A program made the position numbers and the translations under genes. Below are positions 10,422 to 22,459 of a stretch of 23,368 nt of DNA, piece after piece. Position 1 is the stretch's first letter; every line of letters begins with the position of its first letter. This stretch comes from Rhizaria sp. SCN 62-66 (lineage: Eukaryota), in the NCBI GenBank assembly GCA_001724265.1, contig MEDY01000169.1, positions 62,001-85,368 of the forward strand, given 5' to 3'. Below the pieces are notes generated by a model. The model did not search any database. It was given only the letters and a program-made list of their open reading frames with translations, and was not told the origin of the DNA.

Positions 10422-10522
10422 GATATCTTGACATAAGTGCAAAAACTGGCCCTTGACTGTGACGTGTGGCTGCGACAGGCTGACCGTTCACCGACTTGGG
10501 CCAGTTTCTTAACGAGGATATC
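10422..10522. repeat. Imperfect intergenic inverted repeat
   Basis: Perfect 10-bp arms AAACTGGCCC (10443-10452) and GGGCCAGTTT (10498-10507), extended outward by TAAG/CTTA and GATATC/GATATC (10422-10427, 10517-10522). Confidence 0.55.
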
Positions 10523-10956
10523 GATAGCCTAGAGTCGTGTGTTTGGTCAAAAGTCCGCTTATTTGAAATTTAGTTTAGTGCATCTGCAATGGTATAAAAC
10601 GTGGCTTTCTAGAATCATCATTATTCATGTCATCTATCTTCTTTTCGGCCCACGCCCGTCGGTCATTCAATCGTCGCCTTGGGATCATCACTCGTTCCTG
10701 GATATCTCGCCTAATCCATTGTGAATAGCATCCTAGGCTCACTATGCAAGCTAAATAGTTGCTTGTTTATGGATATATCTGTGATATCTTATTGAAGTGA
10801 ACAAATCTTCCTTAAACCATTCTTTCTTGTTGCCCCATCATCAACCACGTCTCACCCTCCGCCTTCCGTCTTGTTTGCTTCCACACGCTCTATCTCAGGT
10901 CGCCTCTCACCCCGGGGCCCTTCCCCGCTCCCCGTTGACCTTTTTCGCCCTCCGCA

Positions 10957-13900
10957 ATGGCCGACAACATCGACCTCGTTGCCCTCATGGCCGAGACGAC
11001 GCCAGCGACGCCAGCGGCTACAGCGATGCCAGCCAACAGCAACGGCGCCAGCAAGGGTGCAGTGCCTGCCCCGCTTGCGGTCACGACCCTGTCGCCCGCC
11101 CCGTCCGCGCTGCTGTCCCCGCCGCAGACGCCCGCCCCGGCCCCCGCCCCCTTACTATCGGACGCCTCTTTCTCCGCGCTCCTCTCAAGCCTCTCCAACT
11201 CCAACAGCAGCACAAGCAACAACAGCATCAGCAGCCGCAACGCCACGACGCTGGCGCTGGCCCGGCACCTGTGGACCGCGCTGTCTCGCCGCCCTCTGCC
11301 ATATCTCCCCCACACTCAAGCAGCGAACAGCAACAACAGCAACAACGCCAATGCCGCCAGCGCTGGCTCTGCCTCTGGGGGCGACGTCGCTGAGAGTGAC
11401 GACGTCGCCTTCTGGCGCCGGTTCGTGGCTACCATCCCCCCGCCCAACGCCACGGCCACTTACCTGGCGTCCAAGGGGCTGCTTCTGGCCGCGGTCGACC
11501 GGCGCATCGCCGCCGCCGCCGCCGCCGCCGCCGCGAACGCCGCCGCTGGCACAAATGACGGCGACAACGACGACGCTGACGCTGCTGCTGCTGCTGCTGC
11601 TGCTGCTGACAACATTAGCGACGACGGCATTGACATTGCTCTCGAAGCCGCCTCTCCTCAGCACAGCAACCCCAACGCCAACTCCGCCAACAACGCGACA
11701 GGCAGCCGGGGCGCTTTCTCGTCCTTCTTCGGGGCCTCGGCCGCCGCCGCCGCTGCCGCCGCCGCGGCCGAGGCCGCCAAGGTGTCCATCACCGCCCGCA
11801 GCATCATCCGCGACGCGCGGCGCACGCCCGTGCCCCCGGTCGGTCTAAGTACCGCCGGTCTAAGTACCCCGGGCAGCAAGGGTGTAAGTGCCTCTGAAAG
11901 TACCCCGCGGTTCGACTGGCGGTCCGTGGCGCGCGTCGTCGCCCGCTACTGCGATGCACACACGTTCCTCAACAGCCACAACCCAAACAACAACAACAAC
12001 AACAGCAGCAGCGGCAGTATTGGCAACGCTCTGAACGCCGCCACTGCGGGCGATGTTGGTAGCGAAGACAGCGGCGGCGGCGGGTTCTGCTACTACGTGC
12101 AGGGGATGACCGACGTCGCCGTCGTCGCCCTCACCATCGTCAGTCTAAGTACCCCCTTAGCCGGCGTAAGCGCCCCCGCGCTCTTCGCGGCCGAGAGTGC
12201 CGCCGTTACCCTGCTCACGACGCTGGCGAGGGCCGAGCCTGCGCTTGCGCTGGCCTGGGCTGGCCGGCCCTTAGAGCTACCGACGCCCTCAGAGGCCGCC
12301 AGCGCGGTGAGCTGCACGGACTCTGCCGCCGCCGCCACTGCTGCTGCTACTAACAGCGCGAAGAGCGCCCACAGTGCGAAGAGCGCGAACATCGCGAACA
12401 CCACGCTCCTGTCCCTGCCCTTTCCCTCTGTTTCCAACTCGAGCGCCGCCGGTGTGCGGGTGTCTGTGCCCGCCGCGGCCGCCGCGACCGCGGCCGTGCT
12501 GGCTGTCTTGTGGCGTTGCGACCCCGCGCTGGCCCGGGCTCTTTCACTGCCCCGCGGCCACTCGACCGGCCCCGCGAACGGTCACTCGGGAGAGAGTGAC
12601 TCGAAGGGGGTGGCGGCGGCGGCGGCGGCTGTTGAAGGGGGCGCGTGTTATCAAAGTCAAGCCGCGCTGACGGCGATGCTGGCGGGGTGGGCGCACAGTC
12701 TGTGCGTGCGGGCCCTTACACCCGCGGCACTTACACCTGCGACCCTTACATCGACGCAGTCGCCGTCCCCTCAGACCGAAAGCAGAGCGAGCGTCAACGT
12801 CAACGTCGATGTCAATGCAAGTGCGGGGGCGAACGGTGCTGCGGTGGGCTCTGTCGCCCCCGTCTTGTCACTATGGCGGGCCATGCTAGCCAACGCCAAC
12901 ATCACCAGCACCGTCACGAGCAGTTCCAGCTCTGCCTCAGCCTCTGCCTCTGGCTCCGGCTCTAGTTCGAGTTCGAGTTCGAATGACAACAGTGAAGGCA
13001 GCGGGGGTCTGATGCTCTGGCTAGCCATGGCGGCGCTGACGGCCCGTCGCGACTGCATCATCGGCGCGCGCAACGGCTCCAATAACGCAAATACCAACAA
13101 AAACACCCCTGCTGATGCGAATTGCAGTAGTGATAGTAGTTCCGCGGGCGAGACTGGTGCAGAGGCAGTGGCTTCGGTCATCTCCCAAATCGCCCGCGAC
13201 CCCCTCGACCTGCGCCAGAGTCTAAGCACCGCCTCCAATGTAAGTACCTCCACAGCGAGTCTAAGTGCGAATGAGTCCGGCTGTGCCGCGTCGCTGCACC
13301 GGCTGGCTCTGCTGCTGCACACGGCGAATGTGACTCGCACCGCGGCGGGCGCCCTGCTCCGGGCCGTCGTCGCCGCCGCCGCCAACGCCAGTCACTCCAC
13401 TAGCGCGAACTCTAGCCACGGTAACACCGCTGGGAGTAGCAATGCGAGTGCTGGTATGGGCGGTGTGCTACTGGCGTCCATCGTGTACAACTACGATCCG
13501 ACGCTGTTCACCGCCAGCAGCTGCAGCAGCAGCAGGAGCCGCCGTAGCAGCTCGGTCGCCGCCGCTCCCCACGGCAACGGCGGTCTCGGCCTCAGCCTTG
13601 GTCTTGCTCTGGGCTTGCCGCTGCTCACGGTCACTTCGGCCGAGGCGGCGGCGCTGGTGGCCGCCGAGTGCCCGTCGCTAGCGTTGCCCCACCTGCTCGC
13701 GGCTACTAAGCACAACAACAGCAGCAACAACAACAACATTCACTCCAGCTCTACTGCTACTGCTGGTAGTGACGCTGAGGCCAAGACCGAGGCGGATGAC
13801 GTCGCTGTTACCGCTGAGTCGGCTGAAGCCAAGGCCGCGGCTGCCGAGGCTGACGCCAAGGCTAAGGCCGACGCCGCCGCCGCATCAGAGGCCGAGGCCG

Positions 13901-14823
13901 AGGCTGAGGCTGCTGCAATGACGGCACGCGTCCTGGCCGTGGCCGCCGCTGCCGCCGCCCAAGCCGAGGCCCAGGGCTGGGCGCCCGTCCCCCTCACCAC
14001 TGCAGTCACCACCAAGCTCGTCAAGTACGCGCTCTCGCTCCTCGACAACCCCGCTAGCGACTCGAATGCCGCTGTGTCGGCTTTCGTCGCGAGCGTCTCG
14101 GCCCCAAGCGGCAAGGCTGACTCTGCCATCTCCGCCTCCACCTCCGCTGCCGCTGCCGCTGCTGCTGAGGCTGCTGAGGCCGCCGCGGTGTTGCTGGCCC
14201 GCACCTTGTTCCCGGCCTGTGCCTCGGACGCCTCCGCGCTCGCCGCGGCCGCGCCAGAGACGGTGGCGGCCGCGGCGGCGCTCGTGGCGGCGCTGTCCCC
14301 GGCCCCCGCGCCGTACTACTACAGCCGCAGTCGCATTGGCCGCGGCAGTGGCAACGGCAAGAGTGGTGTTAAGAAGGCTAGCAAGAAGGACAAGAAGGCG
14401 CAGACGGGCAGCAAGCCTCCGGCGACTGTCGCCTCTGGCGAGAGCAGTGAAGCCGAGGCCAAGGTGTCTACCGCCAATACCACCGATGGTAGCAGCAAGG
14501 ACACCAAGCCTGCTGCTGAAGCTGCTGCTACTGCCAAGGTCCAGGCCAAGGCCCAGGGCACCGATGAGGCTGACGATTTGCTGGCCGACTTGGCCGCTCT
14601 GGGCATCGATGTGGCCGGCACCAAGACCGCGAAGGCGGTCGAAGCTGAGGCGTCCAAGGCTCAGGGGGCCGCCGCTGAGGGCGCGTCTAAGGGTGTCGAT
14701 GCGAAGTCTAAGGGGGGCGACCTGGACGACTTGTTGGCCGACTTCGACTCTCTCGTCGCTGCCGTCAAGACTACTAAGGATACCGCCAGCGAGCCTAGCG
14801 CCGCTGCCACTGCTGCTGCTGCT

Positions 14824-14858
<35 letters not shown>

Positions 14859-15997
14859 CACTGCCAATGCCGCGATTGCGGCCGACATTGCTGTTGAGGA
14901 CGAGAACGACGACGGCGACGACGACGACGATGATGACGATGATGACCAAGAGGAGGATGACACGTTTGAGCTCTCGTCTGCGCTGTCCCCGGCCGCCTGT
15001 GAGCAGGGTACTTACACCCCGTCTAAGGGCTTCGGCTCCTCGTGGCTGCAGCTGCTCTGGCTTCTGTCCCCTTTGCGTCACCGCCCTTTCCTGCTTCTGG
15101 CCTCGGCCGCCGCCTCGGCCGCCGCCTCCGCCAGCGCCGGCAACGGCAGCGGCGCTGACTGCGACAGCGTCGGTGGCGCCAACTCGAGCGCCAGCGCCAG
15201 CGGCAGTGAGAATGGCAGTGTTGTTAGCAGCCGCAGCAGCAGCGACTGCATTGCGAAGGCGATTGTTATCGACCTGTGTCCTGCGCTCGAGGCCGCCGCT
15301 GCGGCCGCAGTTGCCACCACCGTCGCCGCCAGTTCGCGCTCCCGCTCCAGCTCGTCTTTCGCAGTCAACAACGACGACAATCCAAACAATAAGACCAGCA
15401 GCGATGACGCCGCGAACGCGAATAATGACGCGGCCGACGCCAGCAGCAGCGCAGACGCCGCTGCGAAGCTCCCCTCTCACTTGCACTCGCTGTCAGGGCT
15501 GCTGGCGGCCGCCACCGCCGCCGGCGAGATCGCCGCTGCCGCGCGCCCCCTGCGGCCGGTCGTCGTCCGCCTGCCACTGTTCCTCTCCCACCTCAGCAGC
15601 GGCCACGGCAGCGCCGCCGCTGGTGACGCCGAGGCCGCCGCTGCTGCGGCGACGGAGGCTGAGAGCACGAGCAGCAAGCTGTTGCGCTGGGTGCGGCGCC
15701 CGCGCTCCCAGTCTGCCGCCCCCGCGCCCCATAGTGGCGAGGCGGGGGCGCTGGCGCAGGTGGTCGCCGAGGTGACGGCGGGCGCCGCGGCTGCGGTCGG
15801 GCTTGTTGCGCGGCAGCTGCTGACGGAGACGCTGTGCCACGCGGTCACAGTTGTCTGTGTGCCCACCGTCATCTCGCCGGCGATGCTCGCGATGCACTGC
15901 AACAACAACAACAGCAGCAGCAGCAGCAGCAACGCTGTTACGGCGAGTGATGCCGCTGCCGCCGCCGCGACTGAGAGCACAAACACTGATTCTGGTG

Positions 15998-16030
<33 letters not shown>

Positions 16031-16363
16031 AGAACACAGAAGTCAAGCCGGCTTCGTCGGCCGCTAGCGCCGAAGTCAAGCCGCTGCCGCCGACGCGCCT
16101 TTTCCTCGTGCGTCGTCGCGTCGTCTTCCCCGAGACGGAGTCCGATGACACTGCCAACGCCGCTGCCGCCGCCGCCGCCGCCGTTGCCGAAGCCTCCGCG
16201 AGCGGTAACGCTGCGACTGCTGTCCAAAGCAGCGCCAACTCTACTCTCGCCGCCGCCGTGGCCGCCGCCGCCGCCGCCGCCGCCGCCGCGGCCGCGGCGA
16301 GTGGGGGCGGCAACAACCGCTTCCTGGCGGGCGCGCTCACGGTCAGCGCACAGGAGGCCCAGG

Positions 16364-16394
<31 letters not shown>

Positions 16395-19278
16395 GATCGG
16401 ACGCGGGGCCGCGCTGAGCGACGGTGACGACGACGAGGAGGACGATGACATCGGCGCCGGCGCCTTCCGGTTCCACGGTCTCGACGACTCGGACTCGGAC
16501 TCTGGCTCGGACTCGCGCAGCGCCAGCGCCAAGGGCAAGGCCGGGTCTAGAGAGAAGGCCGGAGCTGGCGGCGGCGCCGGCAGCGCGAAGACGGCCGAGG
16601 TGGGTCACAGCGACGGCGAGAGCGACCTGGAGGACGACGACGACGCTGCCGGCGTCAGCGGCCTGCACTTGAACATCATGCTCCGCTCTCCGATTCCCCG
16701 CAGCAACAACAACAATAGCTCTAGCAACGCCAGCGGCGGCAGCAGCGCCAACGGAAGCCGCAGAAGCAGCCTCGCCGGCGCTGGCGCTGGCACTGGCGGG
16801 AGCAGTCTCACCACGAACTCCGCGGTCTCGAACGGCGTCGCCGTGCCTGGTGCGGGCACCGAGACGGTGGCCGGCGCGCTGCGACTGCTGGCGAGCGACT
16901 GGCTCTGGTCGCTGCTGCTGCTGCCCGCGTCGGAGCTGTCCGGCGCGCCTCTGTTCCCGGTCCCCGGCACGGACGTCGAGGCCGGCGTCATTACGAGGGA
17001 GGTGCTGGCCACGGACCCGCTGTTGCTGCGTCTCCTCACCGCCGCAGACGCCGCTGACGGCGACGGCGACTCTGGCCGTGGGAGCGACGAGGCTGAGTCC
17101 ACCGCCAAGCCTGCTGACGGCGGCGACAGCGCTGCCCGTCAGACCGAGTCCGACGGTAAGACCGAGAGCGGGAAGGCCGAGACCGGGGTTGCGCCGCCGG
17201 CGAGTCTGGCGGCCGTGGGCGGCGCCAAGAGCGTGTTGGCCCGCGCCGGCGGCTCGAAGCGCGAGCTGCTGGCCGCGGCCCAGGCCGTGCTGGCGAACGC
17301 GGCGCCGGTGCTGCAGCCGCGGCGCAGCGTCCGCGCCCACGCGCCCCACATCCCCTACTTTGCTCTCACTCGAGCCAGCGGTTTCGGCGCCAGCGCCAAT
17401 GCCAGCGCCAACGCCAACCCCAGCACTGGGCAAAGCGACAGCGAGGACGAGAACGACTCTACCGCCACTGCCACTGCCACTGCGACCGCGAGCGCGAATG
17501 CTGCGGTAAGCGGGGGGGCCTGTGTGCTGGTGCGGTTGAGCGAGGTGCCCGTGGGACCCGAGCACGCCGCCGCCGTCGCAGCCTCCGAGGCCCGGCTGCC
17601 CGCCTTCTTTGCAGAGGTCCAGGCGCTGGCGCGGCGGCGGCGCGCGCGGCAGCGGCATGCGGCCGAGGCCGTGCGGCGCGCGGAGGAGGAGGCCGCCGCC
17701 GCCGCGGCCGCTGCAGCTGCAGCCGCGGAGGCCGAGGCCGCAGCCGCCAGGGCCGCAGCCGCCGCAGCCGCCGCCGCGGCGAAAGAGAGCTCTGGCGGCG
17801 GCTTTGCGTCGCGACTGCGGATGTGGGGCAAGAAGGCCGCCGACAAAGTCGGCACCGCGCTCGACACCGCCCTGGAGAAGGCCCTCGCCCCTAGCCCCGC
17901 GCTCGGCGGCCACGCCGGCGGACTCGTCGAGGGCGGGGTGGCGGCCGCCACTGGCAGGCTCCGGTCCTCTACGGCCCTGCGGCGGCTCAGTCCGGCCGAG
18001 TGGGAGGCGCGCGAGCCTGGACGAGTCTGGGTCAACCTGGCGGACCTGGCGTCGTCGCCGGAGGTCGGCCTCTTCGTCGTCTACGAGGCGCGCCGCGCGC
18101 ATAGTAGCGAGGCGGGGGCGGGCTCCCATAGTAGCGAGGCGGGGGTGTTGCGGCGCGATGGCGGGCGCACGGTGTTCGTGCCGCGCGTGCTTGTGCTGTC
18201 GCGCGTGCGGCTGCTCGTTCTCTCGCTCCCGGTGGCCAGCGACTACGGACTTGTCCGCCCCCGCGCGCCTGCCGCCGCGCTGCCCCACAACTCGAACAGC
18301 TCGAGCCTGAGTCCCGCGCACAGCGAGACGACGGCGACGGCCACCATCTCGCCCTTCGTCTCCCCTTCGTTCGGCGCCAACGCCCGCTCCCCGACTGCCG
18401 CTACAGGGCCCGCGGTGGTGGCGGCGCGGCTCGAGGCCCGTCTCTCGCTCCGCACGCTCGACCGCATCACGCGGTCAAAGCAGCGGCCTGCGCAGCTCGC
18501 CTTCTACTGGCGTCAGCAGCCCTCTAGCAACAGCAACAGCAGCAGTTTGACTGGGGCCGTCACCGGGGAACGGCGGTACGTGGTGGTGCTTCCGAACGCT
18601 GCCGCCGCGCACGACTGCGTGACGATCTTCACGCGGATGTATCAGAATCTGATCTCCAGCTCGGCATCGGCCTCCACTGCCGCCGCCGCCGCTGCTCCTG
18701 CTGCTGCCGCTGCCTCTGAGTCGAGTGATGCCGTGAACAGTAGTGAGTCTCCCGCGAGTGCTGCTGATGGCAGTGCCAAGAGCGAGGACAGTGCTACGGC
18801 CGCCGAGCCTGCTGCTGCTGCTGCCGCTGTTGCTGTTGAGTCGGGCCGGAGCAAGGCTCTGGACCTGGCCAACGGCAGCAGCAACAGCAGCATCCCCAGC
18901 ACTGCGTCCAACACCACCCCTACCAGCACCACTGCGTCCAACACTGCATCCGCGAGTGCGAGAGCGAACGCTGCGCCTGCGCCTGTGCCTAGCAACGACC
19001 TGAACGCTGCCGTCGTGGCCGCCGCGGCCGCCGCCGCCGCGACGACTACCAGTGCCGCCAAGTTCATGATGACCGCCAACGCCACCAACGCGAGCAGCAG
19101 CAACAACAACGCTAACACTAGTTCTGCGGGCAAGCCTGCGGTGGCGTCAGGCGCGGCCGTCGCCGCGGCTGCGGGCGCGCGCGCGACGGCCGAGGCTGCG
19201 CCTGGCGCCTTCTCGCTGCTCGGTGACGACGCCGCGCTCGGCGACGACGACGACGACGATGACGAGGAGCTGCCTTGA
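10957..19278 (+). CDS. TBC1D23: TBC (Rab-GAP) domain protein with TBC1D23-like architecture (TBC, rhodanese-like, C-terminal PH-like), heavily expanded by low-complexity inserts
   Basis: 2773-codon uninterrupted ORF ending in TGA. TBC motifs: IIRDARRT (11803-11826), YYVQGM (12091-12108), LWRCDPALARAL, GWAHSL, VLSLW. Rhodanese-like AIVIDLCP (~15259-15282). The C-terminal block VLVLSRVRLLVL...ARLEARLSLRTLDRITRSKQRPAQLAFYW...RYVVVLPNA (~18025-18654) resembles the TBC1D23 PH-like domain as I recall it. The TBC call is strong; orthology is moderate. Confidence 0.75.
14801..14858 (+). repeat. GCN trinucleotide run encoding poly-Ala (representative of many in the window)
   Basis: (GCT)n(GCG)n tract. 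Similar GCC/AGC/AAC/GAC runs occur throughout the GC-rich genes, e.g. 641-678, 9530-9560, 11510-11535, 16261-16298, 16364-16394. Confidence 0.9.
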
Positions 19279-19507
19279 GGTGCGAAAGTGAACAAAATGA
19301 GGCATGCATGGTGTCATGCCTCTATTTGCTTTTGAACATGTATATTCATGCAAGAATTTCTAAATAATGATACGGATAACAACTATTTTCAAGAAATACA
19401 CCATTTTATTTTGCAAACAAGTGCATGACAATCATTGACCTTTTGCTTTGTTTGATAGGAGTTGGCCTTATAGTTGGCCCCGCGACTTCTACTCTCTCGC
19501 AAATCAA

Positions 19508-21658
19508 TCACGCCCAATCGTCGTCATCATCATCACCGTTATTGCGATTGCTCTCCGCCTTAGTATCGACCCCCATCACTCTCGCACTCGAGCTTGAGAT
19601 CGAGCTCGAGCTACTGCTGCCACCGCCGCTGCTACTCGCGCCGCCAACCCCCGAGCCCCCGCCCCCGGCCGCGGCGCCGGCGCCTGCGACAGTAACGCCC
19701 GCCGCGGCCGCCTGGTGGAGCTGCAGCGCGGTGGCCTTGAGCAGCCTGCGCGCGCGCACAACGAGCGGCTGCCGCAAATCGAAGTCGGCCGCCACGCGCT
19801 CCCGCAGCGCCGCCAGCGCCGCCGCCGCGCTCGCGGCAGACGCGCTGCTCCCCGTCCCGGTGTGAGCGCTGTTGGCGGCGGCGATGGCGCGCTGGGCGCG
19901 GACGCCCTTGGCGCGGAACTGCTCGTACACGGTCTGCGCTTGCTGCAGCCAGGCCGCCAGCGCGTCGAGGGAGCGCGCACGGAACGCAACCTCGCGCCGC
20001 GCCCAGTCGACGAGACTGCCGCTCGCGACACGGCCGCTACTCGCAATCGCCCCAGAGCTGTTGTCGGCGGCGCCAGCGGCGGCGCCAGCGGCGGCGGCAA
20101 TGGAGGCGCCAGCGGCGGCGACGGCGGCCGTCCAACCCCCGGAGACACGTGAACTCGCACTCGCTGTCGCACTGCTCGGATCGCTAGCATTGGTAGCACT
20201 GCTCGTGTTGTAAGGGGCGGGCACGGGGGCGCGGAGGCGCGCCTCGACCTCCGCGAGCAGCGTGGCGACGCCGGCCATCTCGGCCGCAGCGGCGGCGTCG
20301 GCCTTGGCGTCGGCGGCCCGCAGCACGCGGGACACACCCCCGGGGACACTGCTCGCCGCTGCCGCCGCCGCTGCCGCTGCCGCTGTATTGCCAGATCTTG
20401 TAGCAGCAGCAGCGGTGGTGGCGGGGGCGTTACTAGACTTGGAGCGGACACCAGGGCCGGCAGGGACGGGGGCGGTGGCAGCCGCGGCAGCGCTCATAGC
20501 AGCAGCGGACGGCAGCAGCTGCTGCTGCTGTTGCTGCTGCTGGCGCTGCTGGTGGAGCTGCTGCTGCGCGGCGCGCGAGAGCGACTGCTGCTCGAGCGCG
20601 GCCCGCACCCGCTCGCGCATCTCCAGCGGGATCGCCGGCGCCACACGCACGCGGCCGCTGCTGCTGCTGCTGTTGGTGTTGTTGTTATACACGGTGGTCG
20701 AGCTCGCGCTGGCGCTAGAGCTGGCGATGTTGGCCGCAGCAGCAGTAGCAGTCGGGGCAGTCGGGGCAGGACGCTTGGCGCGAGAGCTGCTGCTTATATC
20801 ACTGCTACCGCTGCCAGTGCCAGTGCTAGTACCGCTGCTGGTGGCTGCAGCGCTGTTGGCGCCGCCGCTGTGGGCGCCGCTGATGCTGTGCGTGTGGTGG
20901 TAGGACGACAGCAGCGCGGAGGGCCGGTTCGGCGCGGTGAGGAACTTGCTCTGGCCCGGCAGCGACACCGCCGATAGGGGCGCCAGCGCCGCCGCCCCCG
21001 CCCCCGCCGCCCCCGCCCCGGCGCCTGCGCCGCCGGAGCTGCTCGAGCTGGCACTCGCGCTCGCGCTAGCGGCGCTGAGAGGCGAGGACAGCGAGGACAG
21101 CGAGGGCCGCGCCGCAGCGGTGGTGGCGGCGCGGGCGACGAAGCGGCCGGCAATGGCGCCAGCGACGGTGAAGCGGCTCGCGCGCGCGCCCGCGTCAAGC
21201 GCGGCCATCAGAAAGGCTGTCGCCTCGTCCTCCTCGGCCTCCGCGGCGGGGTCACGCGCGGCGGGGCGAGGTCCGGCCTGGAGCGCGGCGGCGCGACCAA
21301 GGTGCTCCGCGGCCGGGTCCCAGGGCGCGGCGCGGTACAGGAAGCAGCTGGAGGCGCGCTCGCGCGTCGCGTCCAGCTCGAACAACGCGCTGCCAATGCG
21401 CAGGCGCGCGCGGCGGTCGCCCGCTGCGCTGCCTGGGAGCGTGAGGGAGGCGGCGGAGTCCGCGCTGGAGGCGTCCGAGGGAGAAGGGAGCGAGACGGAG
21501 CCCGTGGGGGAGGACTTGAGGGCGGACACGAGCTGCTCAGCAATAGGGAGTGGAAGCCGAAAGAAGTAGGACGCGCCGCACTGCGCGGAGTCGCGCGCGG
21601 GGCCCGCCAGGTGCGAGGGGCCGACGACGACATGCTCGTTCGCGACGGTGGTGCTCAT
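19508..21658 (-). CDS. Probable RNA polymerase II elongation factor ELL-like protein (ELL N-terminal-like region plus C-terminal Occludin/ELL-like helices)
   Basis: 716-aa ORF from ATG 21658 to TGA. The N-terminal blocks YFFRLPLPIAEQL, RLRIGSALFEL..CFLYR, FTVAGAIAGRFVAR and EMRERVRAALEQQSLSRAA follow the order I recall for ELL N-terminal domains. The C-terminal amphipathic helices LDALAAWLQQAQTVYEQF and LRERVAADFDLRQPLVVRARRLLKATALQL fit an Occludin_ELL bundle. The CDS is secure; the product call is tentative. Confidence 0.6.
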   Translation of the reverse strand: MSTTVANEHVVVGPSHLAGPARDSAQCGASYFFRLPLPIAEQLVSALKSSPTGSVSLPSPSDASSADSAASLTLPGSAAGDRRARLRIGSALFELDATRERASSCFLYRAAPWDPAAEHLGRAAALQAGPRPAARDPAAEAEEDEATAFLMAALDAGARASRFTVAGAIAGRFVARAATTAAARPSLSSLSSPLSAASASASASSSSSGGAGAGAGAAGAGAAALAPLSAVSLPGQSKFLTAPNRPSALLSSYHHTHSISGAHSGGANSAAATSSGTSTGTGSGSSDISSSSRAKRPAPTAPTATAAAANIASSSASASSTTVYNNNTNSSSSSGRVRVAPAIPLEMRERVRAALEQQSLSRAAQQQLHQQRQQQQQQQQLLPSAAAMSAAAAATAPVPAGPGVRSKSSNAPATTAAAATRSGNTAAAAAAAAAASSVPGGVSRVLRAADAKADAAAAAEMAGVATLLAEVEARLRAPVPAPYNTSSATNASDPSSATASASSRVSGGWTAAVAAAGASIAAAAGAAAGAADNSSGAIASSGRVASGSLVDWARREVAFRARSLDALAAWLQQAQTVYEQFRAKGVRAQRAIAAANSAHTGTGSSASAASAAAALAALRERVAADFDLRQPLVVRARRLLKATALQLHQAAAAGVTVAGAGAAAGGGGSGVGGASSSGGGSSSSSSISSSSARVMGVDTKAESNRNNGDDDDDDWA

Positions 21659-22459
21659 CGGGACGGAGTTGGCGCCAGTATATTCGGCTTCTGCGTTCGA
21701 AGGGAAAGGCTGTGTTTTAAGAAGTAATTAAAAGAAATTCGTAGATTTGATGTAAATTTCAACCCTGATTTGTTGCATGCAGAACATTTGACGGTCAAAA
21801 CTACTCACGGGAATTTACACATCAAAAAAGGCCTCAAGATCCATCCTCTCACGCCAACACCACAAACATATCAACAAATACGACTTGTCCTGGTGGCTGC
21901 TGCCTCTCCAAGGGGGATGGAGGTGAGACTCCGGACTTGCGGAAATGACGAATCCGCAATTGTTGTATTGTGTAACCTTATTTTGCTTAGGTATTTGCAA
22001 TGGCAAGCTATGTGTTAATATGGTACAGCTTTTAATATGCTCTGACTGACTATATTATCGGCGACCACGCGCTCGAAGTTGCTAGTCACTTGCTGCTCTT
22101 GGATCAACCGCGCCTCTACGAGCGAACTGACGTGGAAACTTTACGAAACACTAGCAATGGTGTATTTAAGCCGTATTTCTTTTTTATTTTCTATTACATC
22201 TTCATGTTTTCTTTCAACCGTGCCTCTTGGCTGTCAGAAGGCTGCTTCACTCGCTACCATGGGCCTCGTTTAAACGCAAAGTTCATGCCTGCTCACCACC
22301 ACCCACCTTTACCTTTCATGACTCAATTTCCCTTCCACTTCCATTTGCTATTTTAAACGCGCCTCTGGGCTGGCCGTATTAATATCCTTCGCATGTTTCG
22401 CCTCCCCCGTTCTTCATCATAATTCAATAATCCTTCAACAAAGGTTGACACGCGTCGCA

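Noticed and set aside
7933-21727. Numerous long overlapping or antisense ORFs (e.g. 15493..18321 -, 13885..15486 -, 14066..15775 +)
   Set aside because: Expected by-products of GC-rich trinucleotide-repeat coding DNA; the translations are Arg/Pro/Leu runs without motifs.
21770-22356. Short ORFs 21770..22018, 22079..22273 and 22090..22356
   Set aside because: Non-ATG starts, no motifs; they lie in the AT-rich divergent intergenic region.
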